The translations under genes were made by a program, and so were the position numbers. 64,000 nt of DNA from Bacillota bacterium (GTDB taxonomy: Bacteria; Bacillota; Sulfobacillia; JAJZYS01; JAJYTV01): NCBI GenBank assembly GCA_021793215.1, contig JAJYTE010000008.1:14876-78875 (forward strand), written 5' to 3'. The notes under the pieces were generated by a model. That model made no database searches and had not been told where the DNA came from. It saw only the letters and a list, made by a program, of their open reading frames with translations. Shown here piece after piece: positions 55,654 through 64,000 of the stretch (the stretch's first letter is position 1; the number at the start of each line of letters is the position of its first letter).

Positions 55654-56793
55654 CTAGATGCCGTGATGGTACATGTAGAGGATGTTCTTGACGTAGTTCT
55701 GGGTCTCCGGGTAGGGGGGGACCCCGCCGTAGCGCTCCACCGCACCGGGACCCGCGTTGTACCCTGCGAGCGCCCAGGAGACGTTCCCGTTGAACAGCTT
55801 CAGCAGGTACGCGAGGTAGGCGATGCCGCCCTTCACGTTCTGCTGCGGGTTCATCGGGTCGGTGACGCCGAGGTCGGCCGCGGTCTGCGGCATCAGCTGC
55901 ATCAGTCCTTCGGCGCCGGCGGAGCTTACGGCTTTCGAGTTGCCGCCGCTCTCCTGGCGGATCACCGCCATCACCAGGAGCGGGTCGATGCCGTAGACCG
56001 CGGAGATCGACTGGACGATCGAGAAGATCTGGGCGGATGTCAGCTTCCCGCTGGCCAGCTCGGCCTCGAGCTGCTGGATGGCGTCCCACAGCTGCTGCCC
56101 CTGGCTGTGCAGGCTCGCCTCGACGCCGGCGAGCGAGCTCTGCTCCTGCTGCAGTTGCGCCAGTACCGAGGCGCGCTGCGTCGCGACCTGGGCGAGATGG
56201 GTCTTCTGCTGCACGAGCGTGGCCTGCTGCCGCGTCAAGGTGGCGTGGCTCTGCTTCAGGTGGCCGAGGTCCGTGCTGATCAGGGCCGCCTCGTGCTGCA
56301 GCGTGTGCACGACGCCGGTTTGGTAGCTCGCGATGCGCGCCATCGTGCCGACTTCCGTGACGAAGTCGGAGAACGTGTGCACGGAGAGGAGGACGCTGAG
56401 GTAGCCGAGGGGTCCCTCCTGCTCGGCGAACAGCAGGACGCCGCGCAGTCCCCGCAGGCTGACGTCCATCGACGCGCGGGTGCGACGGAGGTGCGCGGAG
56501 GTGCGGCCCATCGTCGCCTCGGTGTTCTTGATCTCGACCTGCGTCGTCCCGATCTGGCGCCCGGTCGTGGCGAGCTGGGCGTCGACGGCCTGCAGCTGCG
56601 CGTTGGTGTTCGCCGCCTGCTGCTGGAGGCTCGTCGCGCGCGCCTCGTCGGCCACGAGCGTCACGTGCACGGTGTGTAGCTCGCTCTCGAGCGCGCTCAG
56701 CGATGGAGCCGCTGCCGCCGGCACGGCTGAGATGGTCAGTACGGAGATGGAAAGACCGGCGGTGATCGACCACCGCCACCAGCAACCTCTCAT
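55654..56793 (-). CDS. Lytic transglycosylase (SLT domain) with an N-terminal signal/transmembrane segment and a long coiled coil.
   Basis: C-terminal SLT motif IRQESGGNSKAVSSAGAEGLMQLMP...AGYNAGP. N-terminal heptad-rich region. Confidence 0.8.
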   Translation of the reverse strand: MRGCWWRWSITAGLSISVLTISAVPAAAAPSLSALESELHTVHVTLVADEARATSLQQQAANTNAQLQAVDAQLATTGRQIGTTQVEIKNTEATMGRTSAHLRRTRASMDVSLRGLRGVLLFAEQEGPLGYLSVLLSVHTFSDFVTEVGTMARIASYQTGVVHTLQHEAALISTDLGHLKQSHATLTRQQATLVQQKTHLAQVATQRASVLAQLQQEQSSLAGVEASLHSQGQQLWDAIQQLEAELASGKLTSAQIFSIVQSISAVYGIDPLLVMAVIRQESGGNSKAVSSAGAEGLMQLMPQTAADLGVTDPMNPQQNVKGGIAYLAYLLKLFNGNVSWALAGYNAGPGAVERYGGVPPYPETQNYVKNILYMYHHGI

Positions 56794-56886
56794 GTAGCAT
56801 CGGGTTCGCAGCGCACGTCCCGATTCCTGCCGCAGCGCGCGAAGTTTGGCGTCCCTACGCAAATGAGATCGGATCGTGTCGAGCGC

Positions 56887-58041
56887 CTACGCGAGCAGAG
56901 GGCACACGTGGCGGAGCTTCATGAGCGTCGCGCGGTTGCGGCCGGAAACCTCCGCCTGACGCTCCAGCGGCCGCACCGTGCCGGGGGGATCGACGATCCA
57001 GGCGGGCAGCGGGTCTTCGGGATCCTCGTGCGCGGCGCGGAAGCCCTCCGGCAGCGGCGCGTCCAGCGGGACCGGCGTGCCCCGCATCTCAGCCCAGAGG
57101 ATGGTCCAAGCGCGCGGTACGACGCGCAGCAGTTCGTACCCGCCTCCGCCGACGGCAAGCCACCTGCCGGCGCAGTGCGCGTGTGCGGCCGCGTGCAGCA
57201 TGGCCGCTGCCTGCCAGTAGAACCGGGTCGAGACGCGCAGGTCCGTGAGGGGGTCGCTCGCGTGGGCGTCCACGCCAAACTCCGTCACGAGGATGTCGGG
57301 ACCGAAGCGGGAGAGGGCCGGCTCGAGAACGCCTTCGAGCATCTCTAGGAACGACCTGTCGTCGGTGAAGGGCTCCAGCGGCAGGTTGACGGTCGTGCCG
57401 TGCCCGCCGCCGACGCCAACCTCCTCGACCCAACCTGTGCCCGGGAAGAGGTACCGCCCGCTCTCGTGCAGCGAGATGGTCAACACGTCGGGGTCGCGGT
57501 AGAACGCCTCCTGCACGCCGTCGCCGTGGTGGGCGTCGATGTCGACGTAGGCCACGCGCAGGCCGGCGGCGCGCAGCCGGCGGATGGCGATCGCCACGTC
57601 GTTGTAGATGCAGAAGCCGGCCGCCTGGCTGCGCATCGCGTGATGAAGACCTCCGCCGATGTTGAAGGCGTGCAGCGCTTGCCCCGAGGCGATCCGGTCC
57701 GCGCCCTCCAGCGTACCTCCGACGGCGAGCGCCGCGGCCTCGTGCATACCGGGGAACACGGGATCGTCCTCCGTGCCGAGACCGTAGTTGGCGGCGATGG
57801 GTGAGGCTCGACCGGTGCGGCCGAGTTCGCGCACCACGTCGACGTAGGACGCGCTGTGCACGAGCAGGATCTCGTCGAGGCCAGCGTGGCGAGGCGGCAG
57901 CATTTCCGCGGGATCGAGCAGCCCAAGCTCCCGCACGAGTTCCACCGTCCAGGCCAGCCGCATCGGGTTGAACGGGTGGTCCGGCGTGAATCGATAGGCC
58001 TGGTAGGCGTCGCTATAGACGAAGAGGGCATGTCCAGCCAT
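56887..58041 (-). CDS. Histone-deacetylase-family deacetylase (AcuC/acetoin-utilisation-protein-like).
   Basis: Zn and active-site motifs GGGLHHA, DIDAHHGDG and FGVDAH. Confidence 0.85.
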   Translation of the reverse strand: MAGHALFVYSDAYQAYRFTPDHPFNPMRLAWTVELVRELGLLDPAEMLPPRHAGLDEILLVHSASYVDVVRELGRTGRASPIAANYGLGTEDDPVFPGMHEAAALAVGGTLEGADRIASGQALHAFNIGGGLHHAMRSQAAGFCIYNDVAIAIRRLRAAGLRVAYVDIDAHHGDGVQEAFYRDPDVLTISLHESGRYLFPGTGWVEEVGVGGGHGTTVNLPLEPFTDDRSFLEMLEGVLEPALSRFGPDILVTEFGVDAHASDPLTDLRVSTRFYWQAAAMLHAAAHAHCAGRWLAVGGGGYELLRVVPRAWTILWAEMRGTPVPLDAPLPEGFRAAHEDPEDPLPAWIVDPPGTVRPLERQAEVSGRNRATLMKLRHVCPLLA

Positions 58042-58247
58042 CTGTGCACAACCTTCGAGGGGCGTAATCCCGTATTGCCCTGATCATAGCGCGCGAGGGA
58101 AGGGGGCGGTAGCCGCATCGGCGCGATGTGGCGCAAGAGCGCTGCGGATCGGCCCGTTGCGACGGTTCCTTTGGCCCGAAACGGCCCTGGCGCGGCACTG
58201 AGCGCACATGCACAATGTGGACAGATGGGAAGCGAGGGGGCAGGCGG

Positions 58248-60593
58248 ATGCGCGTCATCCTGCGCGACGGCCGCGTGGCGGATCTTCGGGAGGCCACGGG
58301 AGCTCCGGACGAGCGAGAGATGCTCAAGGAGTTCTTCCGGAACGCTTCGCCGACGTCCATCTACTACAGGTTCTTCCACGCCCTGCGGGAGGTGGACGAC
58401 CGCAAGATCGACGATATGCTGCGGAGCGAGCAGCCTGACACGTACGCGCTGCTTTGCGTCTCCGGGGACGAGATCCTGGGCATCAGCCACTACATCCGCA
58501 CCGACGAAGCCACGGCCGAGGTCGACTTCTTCGTGGACGAGCGGTTCCACGGCTTCGGCATCGGCACGCTCCTGCTCGATCAGATGGCGGACGTCGCGTG
58601 GCGACACGGGCTCCGGACGTTCGAGGCGTACGCCCTGCAGGAGAACCAGAAGATGATCAACCTCTTGCAGCACAGCGGCTACAGCGTGAAGCAGCATTTC
58701 CTGCCTGGCGACTACAGCACGCTCGTTATGGCGCTGCCGCTCGGCGAGACGGAGAGAAGCCGCGCACTGCGGGACGCGCGCGAACAGCTCGCGACCGCCG
58801 CTTCCCTGCAGCCCTTTCTCCACCCCAAGACGATCGCTGTCGTCGGAGCCTCGCGCGACCCGGCGCGGCTCGGGCACCTCGTGTTCCGCCACGTGCTCGC
58901 GAGCGGATTCTACGGCACTGTCTACCCGGTGAATCCCAGTGCGCATTCGATTGCGGGGGTGCGGGCGTACCCGAGCCTCGCGCAGTTGCCCGAAGCCGTC
59001 GATCTCGCGCTCCTGGTGGTGCCGGCGGAGAAGGTCGAGAGCGTGGTGGACGAGTGCATCGCCGCGAAGGTCGGAGGCGTCGCCATCCTCTCTGCCGGGC
59101 TCGCGGGAGGGGAGCAGCAGCGCGAGCGGGACATCGCCGGTCGCCTGCGGGCGGCTGGCATCCGCCTTCTCGGCCCGAACTGCTTCGGCCTCCTCACCAC
59201 CGAGGAGGCGAGCCCCCTGAACGCGAGCTTCGCGCCGGCGCTGCCGCGCCGCGGCCGCCTCGCCATCGCCAGCCAGTCCGGCGCGCTGGGCGTCGCGATC
59301 CTCGACTACGCGAGCCGCATCGGTGTCGGCGTCTCGAGCTTCGTCAGCATGGGCGACAAGACGGACGTGTCCGGCAACGACCTGCTGCAGTACTGGGAGG
59401 ACGATCCCGACACGGACCTCGTGGCGCTCTACCTCGAGTCGTTCGGCAACCCCGCGAAGTTCTCGCGCATCGCCCGCCGCATCTCCCCGCACAAACCGAT
59501 CCTCGTGGTGAAGAGCGCGCGCACGCGGGGCGGGGCCGCCGTTTCCGGGGTGCGCGGCGGCGAGGACCCGCGCGATCGAACGTACGAGGGCCTCTTCCGC
59601 CAGACTGGCGTGATCCGGGCCGACACCATCGAGGAGCTGTTCGACGTCGCCGCCGTGCTCGCCGCGAGCCCCCGCCCCGCCGGACGGCGCGTCGCCGTCG
59701 TCACGAACTCGGCCGGCGGCGCAGTGATCACGGTCGACGAGTTGCCGCGCCACGGGCTCGAGATCGTGCGCTCGCCGATCGATCTCGGATTCGAGGCGTT
59801 GCCGAGCGGCTACCGCCGCACGCTGCCGGATGTCCTGCGCGACGAGTCGGTGGATGCGGTGATCGTGCTGTTCGTCCCGGTGGGCATCTCACACGGCGAG
59901 GAGGTCGCCCAAGGCATCGCAGAAGCGGTGCGGGAAGTGGTGGATGAGGGCATCCGCAAGCCGATCGTCGCGAACTTCCTCCTGTCGCCGCAGGACGGGC
60001 CGGCACTCGGCTGGATCGAGGCGGGGGAGCAGCGCATCCCCGTCTACCCCTTCCCCGAGCGCGCGGTGCGCGCGCTCGGGCAGACCGTCCGCTACGCGGA
60101 GCACCACCGCCAACCGACCGGCCGGATCCCCGATCTGCCGGGTTCCGACCCCGCGCGGGCGCGCGAGATCGTGCGCGGCCTCGTGGGCCAGACCGAGGAA
60201 GCCGCGCCGGACGTCGCGGCGGAAGTCCTCGCGGCGATGGGCATCGCGCAGGCTGTGCAGCCGGCAGCGGCCCGGCTCCGTGCGGAGATCGCGCAGGACG
60301 CTCTGTTCGGACCGGTGCTGCAGGTGGAGCCGTTGACACCGAACCCTGCGGAGACGCAGGAACGCATCATCCCCCTGACCGACCGCGACGCGGCGGCACT
60401 CGCGCAGATCTGCCTCGCGCCGTTCGGACCTGCGGCGGCGGGCGGGCGCGATGCTTTGGCCGACAGCCTGCTGCGCCTCTCGCGCCTCGTCGAGGAGGTG
60501 CCGGAGATCGCCGGCCTTCGCGTGGAGGTCGGCGTTGGGGCAGAGGGCGCCGCGATCGGCCCCGCGGTCCTGCGCCTGGGCGCACTGGCCTGA
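58248..60593 (+). CDS. GNAT acetyltransferase fused N-terminally to an NDP-forming acyl-CoA synthetase-like unit (CoA-binding, ligase-CoA and ATP-grasp-like domains); Pat-like protein acetyltransferase with reversed domain order.
   Basis: N-terminal GNAT (DERFHGFGIGTLLL). Then a succinyl-CoA-synthetase-like CoA-binding domain (TIAVVGAS...GTVYPVNP) and ACS(NDP) alpha/beta-like segments. 781 aa from ATG 58248. Confidence 0.7.
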   Translation: MRVILRDGRVADLREATGAPDEREMLKEFFRNASPTSIYYRFFHALREVDDRKIDDMLRSEQPDTYALLCVSGDEILGISHYIRTDEATAEVDFFVDERFHGFGIGTLLLDQMADVAWRHGLRTFEAYALQENQKMINLLQHSGYSVKQHFLPGDYSTLVMALPLGETERSRALRDAREQLATAASLQPFLHPKTIAVVGASRDPARLGHLVFRHVLASGFYGTVYPVNPSAHSIAGVRAYPSLAQLPEAVDLALLVVPAEKVESVVDECIAAKVGGVAILSAGLAGGEQQRERDIAGRLRAAGIRLLGPNCFGLLTTEEASPLNASFAPALPRRGRLAIASQSGALGVAILDYASRIGVGVSSFVSMGDKTDVSGNDLLQYWEDDPDTDLVALYLESFGNPAKFSRIARRISPHKPILVVKSARTRGGAAVSGVRGGEDPRDRTYEGLFRQTGVIRADTIEELFDVAAVLAASPRPAGRRVAVVTNSAGGAVITVDELPRHGLEIVRSPIDLGFEALPSGYRRTLPDVLRDESVDAVIVLFVPVGISHGEEVAQGIAEAVREVVDEGIRKPIVANFLLSPQDGPALGWIEAGEQRIPVYPFPERAVRALGQTVRYAEHHRQPTGRIPDLPGSDPARAREIVRGLVGQTEEAAPDVAAEVLAAMGIAQAVQPAAARLRAEIAQDALFGPVLQVEPLTPNPAETQERIIPLTDRDAAALAQICLAPFGPAAAGGRDALADSLLRLSRLVEEVPEIAGLRVEVGVGAEGAAIGPAVLRLGALA

Positions 60594-60621
60594 AGCGCGA
60601 TGCGGAGGGGGCGCACACTGG

Positions 60622-61374
60622 TCAGACCATCGTGAGGCCGCCCGAGACGCTCAGCACCTGCCCGGTGATGTGGCTCGCGAGGTCCGATGCCAGGAAGACG
60701 GCTGCCTGCGCGACCTCCGCGGGCTCGGCCGCGCGGCGAAGCGGGATGCGGCGAAGCAAGCGCTCGATGCGCCCAACCTCGCCGTCGGCCGCCAGGTTCT
60801 CCGCGAGCACCCGCGTCCGCGTCGGGCCAGGCGACACGCAGTTCGCGCGCACGCCCTTGCGGGCCGTCTCCTGCGCGATCGATTTCGTGAACGCGATCAC
60901 CCCGCCCTTCGCCGCGGCGTAGACCGCTTCGCCCTGCATGCCGACGCGGCCCGCGTCGGAGACGATGTTGACGATGGCACCGCCCTCCAGCTGCAGCGCG
61001 GGAAGCGCAGCGCCGCAGGCCAGGATGACCGCCCGCAGGTTCACTGCGAGCACGCGGTCCCAGTACGTCCGACTCTCGCTCAGGAAGGGAGTCGTGAGTG
61101 TCCAACCGGCGTTGTTCACGAGGATGTCGAGGCCGCCCAGCCGCTCAAGAGCCTCCCCAAGGACGCCTTGGTTCACGTCGGGGTCGGCGAGGTCTCCGTG
61201 CAGCGCGAAGGCGAGTGGGCTGCCGAGCCGACGCACCGCCTCCCTGGCGCTCGCCTTGTGCTGCGCGAGCACGGCCACCCGGGCACCGCTGGCGAGCAGC
61301 AGCTCCGCGATGGCGAAGCCGATGCCGCGCCCGGCGCCCGTCACGACGGCGCGCTTGCCGCTGAGGCCGTCCAC
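60622..61374 (-). CDS. Short-chain dehydrogenase/reductase (FabG-like).
   Basis: TGAGRGIG glycine motif, NNAG and the catalytic YAAAKGG. GTG start at 61374, 2 nt after the upstream gene stop. The track ORF to 62418 is over-extended. Confidence 0.8.
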   Translation of the reverse strand: MDGLSGKRAVVTGAGRGIGFAIAELLLASGARVAVLAQHKASAREAVRRLGSPLAFALHGDLADPDVNQGVLGEALERLGGLDILVNNAGWTLTTPFLSESRTYWDRVLAVNLRAVILACGAALPALQLEGGAIVNIVSDAGRVGMQGEAVYAAAKGGVIAFTKSIAQETARKGVRANCVSPGPTRTRVLAENLAADGEVGRIERLLRRIPLRRAAEPAEVAQAAVFLASDLASHITGQVLSVSGGLTMV

Positions 61375-61376
61375 GG

Positions 61377-62228
61377 TCAGCTGATGCGGGCGCGGCGCGG
61401 CCACGCCGCGATGTGCAGCGCCTGGCGCTCCCGCTCGTAGATCTCGACGAGGCGCTGGGCAGCCTCGCGCCCGCTCAGGAACTCGAGCTTGCGCGCCCCC
61501 AAGGGATCTGCGCTGCGGATGACGGCGACGTCTGCGGCGGACGGCAAGGCCGTTTCGGGCAGGTCGGCGGGCAGATCGATCTCGCAGCCGCTCCCCTGCG
61601 CGACCGCCTCGCGGGTGACGCCGGGATGCAGCGATACGGCGCGGAGCGTGCCGTCCGCGCCGCCGAAGTCGAAGACGCCGAGGTTGGTGACGAGCCGGGT
61701 CGGCGCGCCCCGCCGGCCCAGCAGGCGGTCGCGCTCGGCGCCGTTGCCGGCGCCGGAGCGGAAGTCGACCTGCTCGACGACGGTGCGCGGCGAGTGGCTC
61801 GTGACGTAGTAGAGGATCTCGGAGAGGTGGCTTGTGTCCTCCGGGATGCCTCGCGCACCGACGAGAGCCACCTTCGGCTGCTCCCATGGACCGACGCAAC
61901 TGATGTTGACGTTGCCGTGGCGATCGATCTGGGCTGGGCTTATCCAGATGCGGAAGCGGTCGAGGAAGATGGCGTCGAAGATGTCCTCCATGGTCAAGGG
62001 GATGCCGCGCTGGTCGTCGGTCAGGAACTGGCCGAGCGTCAGGGTGGGCAACGGCGTGACCTCCATCCCCGACTCCGGTGTCGAGAGTACGGCGAGGTCC
62101 GGCGCGTGCGTCTTCTTCGCGAGGTGGGCGGACAGTGCTCCGAGCGCCGTCACCGAGCTGACGAGCACTTCTCCCTTGAGACTCCTGGCCATACAGGCGA
62201 TCATCAGTTCGTCGATCGTGCAGTCCAT
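61377..62228 (-). CDS. CoA-transferase subunit B (glutaconate/3-oxoacid CoA-transferase beta-like).
   Basis: 284 aa from MDCTIDEL. Family I CoA-transferase beta-subunit features. Paired with the upstream A subunit. Confidence 0.7.
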   Translation of the reverse strand: MDCTIDELMIACMARSLKGEVLVSSVTALGALSAHLAKKTHAPDLAVLSTPESGMEVTPLPTLTLGQFLTDDQRGIPLTMEDIFDAIFLDRFRIWISPAQIDRHGNVNISCVGPWEQPKVALVGARGIPEDTSHLSEILYYVTSHSPRTVVEQVDFRSGAGNGAERDRLLGRRGAPTRLVTNLGVFDFGGADGTLRAVSLHPGVTREAVAQGSGCEIDLPADLPETALPSAADVAVIRSADPLGARKLEFLSGREAAQRLVEIYERERQALHIAAWPRRARIS

Positions 62229-62272
62229 CCCGTGACCTCCCCTTCCCTGCGCAGCCTGCGTGCTCGGACCTC

Positions 62273-63136
62273 TTAGACGTCGAGGCGGCCGACGAGCGTC
62301 TCCATGCCGCCCAGCGCGTCGAGGTAGTCGTCCGGCCGGTCGGTGACGAAGCGTTCGCGGTAGCGATCCCACTCCGCCGGGTCGCGCGCCGCCAAGAGGT
62401 ACTCCTGGACGTGGCCAAGGTCGGCGCGGTAGTAGGGGGCGCAGCCGCTGAAATGGGCGCCCCAGGGCATCTCCACGACGCCTTCGACGTGCACGCGGTG
62501 GACTTGAACCTCTCGACCGTAGCGCTGGATCTCCTCCGAGGAGACGATGCGCTCGGCGGAGAGGATGGTGTGCCTCGCCGCTTTGGCGCAGAGCACGTCG
62601 ACGTGCCCGTCGCCGAGGATGACGGCGTTGCCCTGATGGTCCGCGAGGTTCGCGTGGATCAGCGCGAAGTCCGGCCGCAGGGCCGGCACCGCCACGATCT
62701 CCTCCCCCTCGAAGGGGTCTCGCATGGTGCGGAAGGAGTGGTTGACGGCCATGAGGTCGGTGGCGAGGCCCGCGTGCGTCGGCAGGAAGGGAACGCCCTT
62801 GACGGTGGCGTCGAGGCCGGCCATCACGGTGTACTCCGTCCACTCCTCGAACTCCACCGAGCCGGACTCGCGGGCGCGGCGGAAATGCGGCGCGAGCCCC
62901 ATGACCTCGAAGCCGACGAAGGCGTAGATCACCTTCGCCACCTTGCCGCAGCCGAGGAGGAGATCGACGTCCGGACCGCCGACGTCGACGACCAGGGTGT
63001 AGTCGCCCTGGCCGCGCGCGGCCAGGGCGCGGACCATTCCCATCGGCTTGCGGGAGAGTGAAGAGCCGCCGATCGCGATCGTCGCCCCGCGCGGAATGGA
63101 CTCTACGACCTCGGCGATCCCCGTCTGCTTATCCAT
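62273..63136 (-). CDS. CoA-transferase subunit A (glutaconate/3-oxoacid CoA-transferase alpha-like).
   Basis: N-terminus DKQTGIAEVVESIPRGATIAIGGSS is typical of the alpha subunit. The internal ATG at 63136 has better RBS spacing than the track start at 63148. Confidence 0.8.
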   Translation of the reverse strand: MDKQTGIAEVVESIPRGATIAIGGSSLSRKPMGMVRALAARGQGDYTLVVDVGGPDVDLLLGCGKVAKVIYAFVGFEVMGLAPHFRRARESGSVEFEEWTEYTVMAGLDATVKGVPFLPTHAGLATDLMAVNHSFRTMRDPFEGEEIVAVPALRPDFALIHANLADHQGNAVILGDGHVDVLCAKAARHTILSAERIVSSEEIQRYGREVQVHRVHVEGVVEMPWGAHFSGCAPYYRADLGHVQEYLLAARDPAEWDRYRERFVTDRPDDYLDALGGMETLVGRLDV

Positions 63137-63202
63137 CGCTGCACCCATCCTCTCTGAGAGGTTTCGGAGCCGCCGCGCGCGACGTCGAGCCCGCGGGTCG
63201 GC

Positions 63203-63994
63203 TCAGCGCACCTCCTCGAACGGGCCGGACGTGAGCGTCATGCCCCCGTCTACGCGGATCACCTGACCTGTGACGAACCCGGAGAGCTCGCTCGCGAGCA
63301 ACAGCACGGCACCCGCGACATCCTCGGGCTGTCCAATCCGCCCGAGGGGCGTCGCCTTGGCCACGGCGTGTTGGAGCGTACGGTAGCGCTCGCCGAAGTA
63401 GAATGCGGCGGAGTCGGTCGCGATCACGCCGGGCGATAGGCAGTTCACCGTGATCCCCTTCGGCCCGAGCTCTGCGGCGAGGTAGCGCGTCCAAACCTCC
63501 ACTGCCGCCTTCGCGGAGCCCAGAAGACCGTAGTTCGGCAGGGTGAACTCCGTTCCGTGGCCGGAGATCGCGATGATGCGGCTCTGCGGTCGGCCCTCCA
63601 TCAGCAAAGCCGCCTGCTGGGCAGAGAAGACGAAGCCGCGCACGATCAGGTCGTAGGTGCGCTCGAGGTGATGCTCCTTCACCTCGAGCGCGGGCTTGAA
63701 GGCGGTGGCCGCAGCGTTCGCGACGAGGATGTCGAGCCCCCCGAACGCCTCGCCAACCGAGTGGAACAGCCTCTCGATGTCCTCGGGGCGCTCGAGGTCG
63801 GCCTGCACCAGGACGGCGCGTCGCCCGCTCTGCTCGACCTCAGACGCGGTTTGCTCCGCGAGCGCGCGGTTCTTGTGGTAGTGCACCGCGACATCGGCGC
63901 CGGCCATCGCGAGGGCGACGGCCGAGGCTCGTCCGATGCCGCGGGAGCTGCCGGTGACGAGCGCAATGCGCCCGGCGAGCGAAGGGCCTGTCAT
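63203..63994 (-). CDS. Short-chain dehydrogenase/reductase (enoyl-ACP-reductase FabL-like).
   Basis: Motifs VTGSSRGIGRA, NAA and YGLLGSAKAA (YxxxK). First gene of a four-gene SDR–CoAT-A–CoAT-B–SDR operon. Confidence 0.85.
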   Translation of the reverse strand: MTGPSLAGRIALVTGSSRGIGRASAVALAMAGADVAVHYHKNRALAEQTASEVEQSGRRAVLVQADLERPEDIERLFHSVGEAFGGLDILVANAAATAFKPALEVKEHHLERTYDLIVRGFVFSAQQAALLMEGRPQSRIIAISGHGTEFTLPNYGLLGSAKAAVEVWTRYLAAELGPKGITVNCLSPGVIATDSAAFYFGERYRTLQHAVAKATPLGRIGQPEDVAGAVLLLASELSGFVTGQVIRVDGGMTLTSGPFEEVR

Positions 63995-64000
63995 CCGACG

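Noticed and set aside
55157-56800. 547-aa minus-strand ORF overlapping the lytic transglycosylase and epimerase genes.
   Set aside because: It is extremely Arg/Pro/Gly-rich with no motifs and lies in an alternative frame to two well-supported genes. Typical high-GC spurious ORF.
1-64000. Search for CRISPR arrays, tRNA/rRNA genes, transposases/integrases, phage genes, or toxin–antitoxin and known defence systems.
   Set aside because: No regular direct-repeat/spacer structure, no cloverleaf-like tRNA candidates, no transposase/integrase/recombinase-like translations and no restriction–modification, Cas or abortive-infection signatures were seen. The window looks like core chromosome apart from the polysaccharide locus.

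Overview
This 64 kb window is about 72% GC and densely packed with roughly 57 genes on both strands.

Gene order and content resemble endospore-forming Firmicutes despite the high GC. The miaB–ymcA-like–mutS–mutL–miaA block, an hflX–ynbB-like pair, glnA, lexA, an alpha/beta-type SASP-like small ORF, a SpoVK/CbbX-like AAA+ ATPase and a tryptophanase/tyrosine-phenol-lyase family gene together suggest a Symbiobacterium/Thermaerobacter/Limnochordia-like lineage. That lineage call is inference only.

The main blocks, in order:
- A truncated NFACT/RqcH-like gene at the left edge.
- A NitT/TauT-type ABC importer (fused permease plus ATPase with C-terminal extension, no binding protein in the window).
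- A minus-strand SHOCT/membrane/hypothetical operon divergent from an OmpR-type two-component system.
- The DNA-repair and tRNA-modification block.
- An APC permease, an M20 dipeptidase and an MFS transporter.
- SpoVK-like ATPase, a small methyltransferase and an S9-like beta-propeller protein with a possibly altered nucleophile.
- hflX and a PLP-dependent ynbB-like gene.
- GNAT, glnA, lexA, SASP and a CPA-type antiporter.
- A beta-eliminating lyase (tnaA/tpl) and an M14 carboxypeptidase.
- An ECF sigma/anti-sigma/SIMPL/lipoprotein operon.
- Two tandem DivIVA-domain proteins, translationally coupled to a Wzx-like flippase and followed by an HD-GYP phosphodiesterase.
- A polysaccharide-modification locus: GH114-like hydrolase, GT2, ATP-grasp ligase and CE4 deacetylase, then three large polytopic membrane proteins, a PelF-like GT4, a prepilin peptidase and a UDP-sugar 4-epimerase.
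- A lytic transglycosylase.
- An AcuC-like deacetylase divergent from a GNAT–NDP-forming acyl-CoA synthetase fusion.
- A CoA-transferase/SDR operon.

No rRNA, tRNA, CRISPR or transposase was recognised.

The most system-like and unusual element is the Pel/GAG-like exopolysaccharide locus with an embedded ATP-grasp enzyme. The most unusual single protein is the reverse-architecture GNAT–ACS fusion.

Start coordinates were refined by eye from the ORF track and may be off by a few codons.
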